IMG/VR virus record: IMGVR_UViG_3300037054_000148
Location: 249,598-313,597 of that record
Length of the DNA stretch: 64,000 nucleotides
Direction: 5' to 3' (one strand)
Positions 58,064-64,000 of the stretch are shown piece after piece (position 1 is the stretch's first letter; every line of letters begins with the position of its first letter). Under the pieces are notes generated by a model that saw only the letters and a list, made by a program, of their open reading frames with translations, was not told the origin of the DNA and searched no databases. Position numbers and translations under genes: made by a program.

Positions 58064-59785
58064 ATGCCATCTTCATTATTAACCAGACAAGCCATTCTGA
58101 TTGACGCAGCCGCTTCAGCAAATAGACAGCAGGCCCTATTGGATAAGTATCCCGTGGACCGAGCGGAGGTGGAGCAACTTGCGAATGTTGACCCTACTCC
58201 TAATGGCACCTACACGGAGTTCCTTGTCAGAGAATTCACGAAGAGGCGGTTTGGTCTCAATCGGATGGCTCTGGATGAAGCACATGATGCGTTGGTTAAA
58301 TTCAATCGACTGAAGAACTCACAAGAGTTTCGAAATATGCCCAATACCCATACGGATATTTTGGCCTATGATTACCACACATTCTTAGCCCAAATGGCAG
58401 AAGCAGGACGGGCACAGCTATCAAAAAATGAGCAAGAACGAGAACTAAAGCGCAGAAGGCAGAAATATTTAGACGAGGGCTGTGAGTTGTTGACCGAGCA
58501 AAGAGGGTATGCCTTCTTCAAAGTCACCACTCCAGAGGCGGCAGTCCTGATGGGCCAGGGCTCTCACTGGTGTACAAAAGATGAGGCTACCGCACGTAAT
58601 TATTTGCGCCGTGGGCCACTCTATGTGATAACTCAAGAAACTGAGGGGGGAAATTACGGATCAGACCGTTACGCTCAGTTCTCTATTCCCAGTAGTGCCT
58701 ATGATATTGCTGCATTCGAATGTCAAGATGTGGACGGAAATGACTTCGGGAGTAAGGAGGCTGGGGATCGCTGTTACTACTTTAGTAATAAAGACTATTG
58801 GTGGCTTGTGGAAGTGCTAGAAAACTATGATGAAGTCCTGACCTTCTGGGTAAAAGAGGGATACGTTTTTAATGATTATGATAATATGCGCTATCTCGAA
58901 CAATGCTCAGAGTGCGGAAAATATGTGGATGAGAACTCAGAAGATTTATATTATACAGATGATGGGACTTTCTGCTGTAGAAGCTGCTTCTTAGCTCATT
59001 ACGAAAACAAAATTGAAGAAGAAGTGCATCGTCTGTATCACCCAGACTTAGAAGAGCATGACAAAATTGCAGCGGAAATAGAATTTTACATCAATAGCCC
59101 TGAATCCCCAGAGCATAAATACTTTGCTCTAGTGGATCAAGCCAAGCAGGTTGAATACCCAGATACCGAAAAATGGGGGTTTGCCACCCAACTTTCTAAT
59201 GCAAGGGGCTGTGCTACCGTCTCGCAAGAGAAAATCGATAAGATGATACCGGGCGTTAGAAAAGAAGACGGAGAGCGAGTTTACAAGCATTTGAAGGGGC
59301 TGATGGACCAGCTTAAGGATGAGGATGACTTGATTGAGGCAGCCTTTGACTATGTGAAAGAAGAGTTTGCTCCGGAAAATATGGATGTGGCTGAAATTTT
59401 ACGCGAGGGGGGCTACATAGACACCCAGCCTAAAAATAGCTCTCTGTTGAAGAAAGCTCGTAAAAACATTGGGGCCACCCTCACGGAAGAGCCAGAACAG
59501 GCCGATATTCTCACCAATTACCCAGTCCCTCAAGATATTAAAACCGCATCTCTAGCCTTAAAATCTGAATTTGAAAATTACAAACAAGGACGAAAAGGGA
59601 CACTGGAAAACGGACTTGTTGACTCTTTTTTGAAGGGGTCTGAAGTCTGGAAAAAGTTAGCGACTGCTCTTAACTCTCAAAACAGACGACTTGTCTTACA
59701 GGAACTAAGCCGCGAGGGAATCCAAAGAGGACATGCCAATGTCAGACACAGTTCGCAAATGGGTGATGGAGATCCAAGACGATGA
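58064..59785 (+). CDS. Modular protein (DPT/WCT domain plus zinc finger)
   Basis: VDPT..YTEFL, GSHWCT..YLRRGPLYVI; CSECG...FCCRSC. Confidence 0.8.
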   Translation: MPSSLLTRQAILIDAAASANRQQALLDKYPVDRAEVEQLANVDPTPNGTYTEFLVREFTKRRFGLNRMALDEAHDALVKFNRLKNSQEFRNMPNTHTDILAYDYHTFLAQMAEAGRAQLSKNEQERELKRRRQKYLDEGCELLTEQRGYAFFKVTTPEAAVLMGQGSHWCTKDEATARNYLRRGPLYVITQETEGGNYGSDRYAQFSIPSSAYDIAAFECQDVDGNDFGSKEAGDRCYYFSNKDYWWLVEVLENYDEVLTFWVKEGYVFNDYDNMRYLEQCSECGKYVDENSEDLYYTDDGTFCCRSCFLAHYENKIEEEVHRLYHPDLEEHDKIAAEIEFYINSPESPEHKYFALVDQAKQVEYPDTEKWGFATQLSNARGCATVSQEKIDKMIPGVRKEDGERVYKHLKGLMDQLKDEDDLIEAAFDYVKEEFAPENMDVAEILREGGYIDTQPKNSSLLKKARKNIGATLTEEPEQADILTNYPVPQDIKTASLALKSEFENYKQGRKGTLENGLVDSFLKGSEVWKKLATALNSQNRRLVLQELSREGIQRGHANVRHSSQMGDGDPRR

Positions 59786-60017
59786 GGACATGATCCGTAT
59801 CCTTCTAGTGGGGGAGCGGCAGGCGGAATTGAAATACATCGCAATGTCTCAGCTAGATGCAACTGAATTAATTTCAGCCCTCGAATGGGTCGATAGCTTT
59901 CGCAATGGGATGGTGGGGATACCCAAACCAGCCAAGAGGAAACGTGTGATTAAACCTAAACCTAAGACGGTGATTCTGGAGCTTGAGGAGAATCAGAACC
60001 AGAAGTCGCAGGGCTAG
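59733..60017 (+). CDS. Small hypothetical protein
   Basis: GAGGA RBS; overlaps both neighbours. Confidence 0.5.
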   Translation: MPMSDTVRKWVMEIQDDEDMIRILLVGERQAELKYIAMSQLDATELISALEWVDSFRNGMVGIPKPAKRKRVIKPKPKTVILELEENQNQKSQG

Positions 60018-60549
60018 TCTTCCTTAGCTCTGCCCTCAGTCTGGCTGTTTCCTTACGATGGCAAGCTAGACAGAGAAGTCGGAGATTCTCTTCCCCACAC
60101 TGCCCCCCACCCTTGACGACCTCCTGAATGTGATCGATATCATAGAAGGTGGATCTCCCATGAGTATTCACCCATTCCATGTTGTGGAGGTCAAAAAACT
60201 CCACCTGGAGCGCCTTCATAGCGTGGCGGTAATTCTGGTGCCCTGCATAGACTGGGCTCTTTTGGAGTTCCTGTATGTGATCGTTGACATACCGCCAAAG
60301 TTGCCATACGAATCCTTTACAGTCCAAACCACATATCTGACAAATGTATTTGTCTCGTTTGGCAATGTAAATTCGAATATAACTTGCACTGGATCTGATG
60401 TTAAACTCGTGCACACACTCATCCGAACAAAAAGTTCGTCTCTTTTTACTCAGACGATGAACATCCAAGCCGCACCAGCGACATAGTTTATCTGTCTTGG
60501 CCCTTTCGGATGATTCAGCCTTTTGTTCTGGGGTGAGAAATCGGGTCAT
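59962..60549 (-). CDS. HNH endonuclease
   Basis: CRWC..FCSDEC; RDKYICQICG; DIDHIQEVVKGGG...NLRLLCLACHRKET. Confidence 0.9.
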   Translation of the reverse strand: MTRFLTPEQKAESSERAKTDKLCRWCGLDVHRLSKKRRTFCSDECVHEFNIRSSASYIRIYIAKRDKYICQICGLDCKGFVWQLWRYVNDHIQELQKSPVYAGHQNYRHAMKALQVEFFDLHNMEWVNTHGRSTFYDIDHIQEVVKGGGQCGEENLRLLCLACHRKETARLRAELRKTSPATSGSDSPQAPESPS

Positions 60550-60737
60550 TTCTCTTTCGGTTCGGTCGGTGTTTCGACTGGGAATACCTCCAAGTCATTC
60601 TGAACCTGCATCTCACCGATTATCGAATCGATGTAATATCCGAAGTAGCTGGTCTTCTGAAAGCTGTGGCCTCCAGGTTCAAGCCGAAAATAGCCTTTTA
60701 GAGGGATGTCTTTAAATTTCATATGCTTCCTTTCCAT
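60546..60737 (-). CDS. Small hypothetical protein
   Basis: AAGGA RBS (likely start 60722); ATGA overlap with HNH gene. Confidence 0.55.
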   Translation of the reverse strand: MERKHMKFKDIPLKGYFRLEPGGHSFQKTSYFGYYIDSIIGEMQVQNDLEVFPVETPTEPKEK

Positions 60738-60901
60738 ACCTTATAATACTTACTTTGGAAGCTGCTCGAACATGCGAAGCTGCCAATCCGCATACCACAT
60801 CTGAAATTGCATGGAGGGGCCATCACGGAAGAACCAAATGGCGGCAAGCCAGAGGGGCCAAAAACCCATTCAAAAGTATTCATATGACTCCTATAGAACT
60901 G

Positions 60902-60924
60902 AAAAAGGGGCCATGAGGCCCCTT
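60902..60924 (-). terminator. Intrinsic terminator
   Basis: AAGGGGCC-TCAT-GGCCCCTTTTT downstream of 60947-62143. Confidence 0.8.
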
Positions 60925-60946
60925 AGTTTACTGCCTACCCTACTTA

Positions 60947-62143
60947 TTACCCAATGCTGCACCGAGTCAGAAGGGTCTGTTTGGTTCCCTTGTAATCGGT
61001 GTGATCCTTGACCGTGCCCTTGACGCTGTAGGTCTGGCCGATTTCCATGGAAGGATTGGAGGTAGCCTTCCAGACGATGCAGTTACCCTGCTCGTCGTTG
61101 AAGATGAACATGGTGGTAGTGCCATAAGCCGTGTCGTAGGAGTAGATGTTCTTGACGGTGAGGGTCAGAATAACCCGTTCACCCTTGGTGGCGACCCACT
61201 CACTAACAGTACGGGGCTTGGGGGCCAGCGCAGCCTTGGCAGCCGCTTCAGCCTTCTTGATCGTATCGATCCAGATCTTGGTAGCGTAGGCGACGAGACC
61301 CTGGTAGCGGAGCGACTGGGCCAGGATGGCGACCCGGCAGTTGTGCTCGAACTCGCTCAGGTTGTCCTTTTCCATCCAGAAGTCCACGGCCAGTTCCTGG
61401 ACGCTCTGTTCGCCGTAGGTGGCCTTGAGCCAAGCGGAACGCTCTTCGTGAGCGGCGTAGAAGGCAGCCCGTTCCTTGGCATCAGCGTAGCTGCTGAGGG
61501 GGGCATCCAGGTAGGAGGCATAGTCGGAGGTGCTCTGACCCTCGGTCTCCTGGGCCTGCTTCTTGGTCACGAAACCCTTGGTCGAGGCGACCCAGGCGAT
61601 GGTGGCGATGAAGGAGGCGGTGTCTTCGTAATGTTTGCGGCTCCCACCGGCCATGCCCCAGTCGTCGCTGTCGAGGATGGAGTGAACGTGGTAGGAAGTG
61701 CTGAGGATCTTCGCAACGTCCACACCGAAGTAGATATCGACACAGGTGTCACCGATATGCTTCTGGGCACCAGTGAGGTCGATGACGATCCAGGAGCCCT
61801 TACGGTTGCGCTTGAAGCCGCAGTGCTGGCATTCGATGGCAGCGGTGCGGTAAGCATCAAGGTTACCCTCGTAGCCACCGATGCGGGTAACCATGTTGAG
61901 CCCTTCGACGTTTTCGATACGGGCCACGACCTGGGTGCCAGCAATGCGGATCAGTTCCTCGGGGACGGTGATTTCGGCGTCATAGACCACGTAGGTGATG
62001 TTCTGGCCACCCTCGGTGGTGCAGTTGACCTTGCGGGGGGTGACGGAGGCGACGATCAGGATCGGCAGGCCCATCTTCACCAGGGGCTTGTTCGCCTTAG
62101 CGACCAGTTCGTTCATGCGGGTCTCAGAGCGGAAAGTGAACAT
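60947..62143 (-). CDS. Early phage protein with zinc-binding motif and C-terminal OB-fold
   Basis: CQHCG..RNR..IG.TC; C-terminal GER...YG.T..F.DEQGN..VWK..VKGTVKDH..YKG.KQT.LTR; GAGGAG RBS; strong GC3 bias. Confidence 0.8.
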   Translation of the reverse strand: MFTFRSETRMNELVAKANKPLVKMGLPILIVASVTPRKVNCTTEGGQNITYVVYDAEITVPEELIRIAGTQVVARIENVEGLNMVTRIGGYEGNLDAYRTAAIECQHCGFKRNRKGSWIVIDLTGAQKHIGDTCVDIYFGVDVAKILSTSYHVHSILDSDDWGMAGGSRKHYEDTASFIATIAWVASTKGFVTKKQAQETEGQSTSDYASYLDAPLSSYADAKERAAFYAAHEERSAWLKATYGEQSVQELAVDFWMEKDNLSEFEHNCRVAILAQSLRYQGLVAYATKIWIDTIKKAEAAAKAALAPKPRTVSEWVATKGERVILTLTVKNIYSYDTAYGTTTMFIFNDEQGNCIVWKATSNPSMEIGQTYSVKGTVKDHTDYKGTKQTLLTRCSIG

Positions 62144-62164
62144 GGGTTAATCTCCTCTACCTCT

Positions 62165-62194
62165 ATTATACACAGGTTTCGGAGATTTTGTCCA
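62165..62194 (-). promoter_or_regulatory. Sigma70-type early promoter
   Basis: TGGACA-N18-TATAAT with TGTG extension. Confidence 0.65.
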
Positions 62195-62209
62195 TGTTTT
62201 TTGCGCTGC

Positions 62210-62467
62210 TCAGAGCTTTAATTTCAGGTTCCAGGGATCCTTTCCCTGTAACCGTTTGTGTTCACAATCCACCCATTCTTTAAGCTCAACCTGGAGCTTA
62301 TCTTTGGGCGTGTAGGACATGAGGCCGCAACGGGTGAGTCGCCGTTGAATCTCTTCGTCTCTCATGATTTGATAGATGCCCCAACAGGTGCCGATTCCAA
62401 TCAGGAGGAGTAGTATTCCTGCGATGGTGTGCATATTATTCCTCCTCCTCTTCTTTCTTATCCCCAC
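62210..62467 (-). CDS. Small membrane-anchored protein (likely start 62434)
   Basis: GGAGGAGG RBS; hydrophobic N-terminus. Confidence 0.55.
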   Translation of the reverse strand: MGIRKKRRRNNMHTIAGILLLLIGIGTCWGIYQIMRDEEIQRRLTRCGLMSYTPKDKLQVELKEWVDCEHKRLQGKDPWNLKLKL

Positions 62468-62606
62468 AGAAGTGGCTGATGAGGGAGGAGACGATTACGA
62501 CCGTTCCAATCCCAATCCACCCATAGGCCGCTGTTGTCATGCAGCCGATAGCGATGCTGATGATGACGCCACCCAGTATGAGACCTTCCTGATTGCTGTT
62601 TGTCAT
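62436..62606 (-). CDS. Small 2-TM membrane protein
   Basis: AAAGGA RBS before MTNSNQ; two hydrophobic segments. Confidence 0.55.
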   Translation of the reverse strand: MTNSNQEGLILGGVIISIAIGCMTTAAYGWIGIGTVVIVSSLISHFCGDKKEEEEE

Positions 62607-62607
62607 G

Positions 62608-63504
62608 CTATTTCCTTTCGAGACCGATGTCCTTGACACCGAAGATGTTACGCGCACAGTCGCAGCCGATCCACATACCGATGTGGCCAATCCTGCGGTC
62701 ATCAGCTTCGATGGGAACGAACCGGCCCGAAGGGATGCTTTTACCACAGGCTTCACAGTTGCAGTTCAGGCCGCTGAAGCGCGTGACCATATGCTTGGTG
62801 CCGGGGGTCCACGCCACGTAATAGGCTTTTTCCAGAAGGGCATATGAACCATCCCTGCTCATCATGATCTTCCCAAAATCAGGGCTCTTGCTATCCGCAT
62901 AACGCTTGGGGACCAGACGGTACTTGATCTCAGCCATCTTGATGGTAGGGAGATCAACCCGCAAATCCATATCCACCAGGGTAGCGGTGACACGAGGAGA
63001 GAGGCCAATGTCGGTGATGACGGGCTTGGGACGGGCCTCCGTAAGAGCCGCACAGATGATCCGCTTCTCTTCGCACAGAGCCACCCACGCTTTGATGAAC
63101 TTGACGGAGTGCTTGCCACGGATCAACTTTTCGGTGCGGTCGGACTTCCAGGTTTCCAGCCGATTGACGAGGTAGTCCACGTTGGTGTGGGTTGGATGCC
63201 CGTAGGCGAGGCACATGTGCAGGGCGAATTGAGGCTCATGATCCGGATTGGGGATCTGCTCTTCGAAGGTGCCGTAGGTGTTGGTAATCATCTTACCCGT
63301 CCCCATGTAGCTGCTGGAGTCGGGGATGCGGATGCCAGTGCCCTGATAGAAGCCGCTGTCGGCTTTCACGGAGCCCCGGAGCACCCAGGCGTCCTGAGCA
63401 GCGGAGGTATTGATGACCTGGACGGACTCATCGAACTTCCTCAACCACGCACCCTTCTTTTCGTTCCGGATGATGGCGACCAGTTCAGGGTTCAGACCGT
63501 TCAT
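62608..63504 (-). CDS. Early hypothetical protein with C-terminal zinc finger
   Basis: GGAGGAG RBS; CEACGK...GCDCA. Confidence 0.75.
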   Translation of the reverse strand: MNGLNPELVAIIRNEKKGAWLRKFDESVQVINTSAAQDAWVLRGSVKADSGFYQGTGIRIPDSSSYMGTGKMITNTYGTFEEQIPNPDHEPQFALHMCLAYGHPTHTNVDYLVNRLETWKSDRTEKLIRGKHSVKFIKAWVALCEEKRIICAALTEARPKPVITDIGLSPRVTATLVDMDLRVDLPTIKMAEIKYRLVPKRYADSKSPDFGKIMMSRDGSYALLEKAYYVAWTPGTKHMVTRFSGLNCNCEACGKSIPSGRFVPIEADDRRIGHIGMWIGCDCARNIFGVKDIGLERK

Positions 63505-63523
63505 GGGTAACTCCTCCACAATC

Positions 63524-63553
63524 AGTATACCGCAGAATGAAGAGTTTTGTATA
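63524..63553 (-). promoter_or_regulatory. Sigma70-type early promoter
   Basis: TATACA-N18-TATACT, same elements as 10605-10634. Confidence 0.55.
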
Positions 63554-63560
63554 GCGAAAT

Positions 63561-63899
63561 TTAAAGGTTCAGTTTTTTCTTGAGACGATTATACTCCGCC
63601 AAGTCCTTTTTATTTCGCTTTTCCCATTGCAAGTAAACATCAACTACATTCTGAGCACCTTTGGTCAGACGAAGGGACGAACGGAAATCTGGCCTAAAAT
63701 CCAAATAGTCCTCAATGCTTCTCAGCAGGGCCTCCCTTGGCTTACCCTCAATGGGGCAGAATACGATCCAGGTATCTGAAGTATCGGTTCCGGTTTGCCG
63801 ATGGTCAATATCATGACCCTTGATCCATTGTTTAGACAACCAGATTATGATTTCCGGAGGGGTGACAGGGGGGTGGGTGGGCTCAATCGGAGTGGTCAT
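63561..63899 (-). CDS. Hypothetical protein
   Basis: 112-aa ORF. Confidence 0.6.
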   Translation of the reverse strand: MTTPIEPTHPPVTPPEIIIWLSKQWIKGHDIDHRQTGTDTSDTWIVFCPIEGKPREALLRSIEDYLDFRPDFRSSLRLTKGAQNVVDVYLQWEKRNKKDLAEYNRLKKKLNL

Positions 63900-64000
63900 A
63901 GGTTGGGGGCCGGTTCCCAGAGGGCAATGCTCATCACCACAAAACCGGGCTTCTGTTCAAAGTCGGTTAGGTAGGTCACACGAGCATATTGGGTGTGGCC

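Noticed and set aside
61001-62221. 406-aa plus-strand ORF (also 73-750 minus, 52716-53390 minus, 63109-63510 plus)
   Set aside because: Antisense shadows of real genes; they lack recognisable motifs, while the opposite-strand genes have RBS, promoter or family motifs
1-64000. Genome-wide stop-codon reassignment
   Set aside because: TAA, TAG and TGA all end well-coupled genes, very long ORFs are intact in code 11, and no suppressor tRNA is present
1-64000. CRISPR array, diversity-generating retroelement, IS element or integrase
   Set aside because: No spaced repeats, reverse transcriptase, transposase or integrase motifs seen; the 35-bp repeat at 10423/10492 is an intragenic protein repeat

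Overview
This window is a 64-kb segment of a large, probably jumbo-class, tailed dsDNA bacteriophage with a contractile-tail-type baseplate, read in standard genetic code 11. All family assignments are from motif recognition, not database searches. 1-15.4 kb: dense small accessory/early genes, including an A1S_2505-like protein, an L7/L12-like protein, a SpeD-like/GIY-YIG/DUF3326 cassette, a RelE-like toxin with a small upstream ORF, Pth2 and a methyltransferase, plus a tRNA cluster (Gly, Val, Arg, Thr). 15.4-21 kb: an Acb1-like 2H phosphoesterase, a papain-like protease, a Dps-like protein, two lytic transglycosylases and a holin-like protein. 21-47 kb: very large Ig-like-repeat tail proteins, a Hint-domain protein and baseplate genes. 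47-60 kb: large modular polyvalent proteins. 60-64 kb: minus-strand early genes. Most striking: (1) a circularly permuted tRNA-like RNA inside the tRNA cluster (3' half before 5' half, acceptor stem closed by a 3-nt loop, flanks pairing), either a YrlA-type Y RNA or a permuted tRNA; (2) a 2.2-kaa multi-enzyme protein (kinase-like, CCA-adding, ADP-ribosyltransferase-like, glycosylase-like, GNAT-like) whose linkers share an S(P/S)L..[KR]xA motif with the N-termini of other proteins, suggesting a capsid-packaged, protease-processed effector set; (3) a fixed-spacing putative late promoter that, at four genes, starts transcription inside an RBS/ATG-occluding hairpin.
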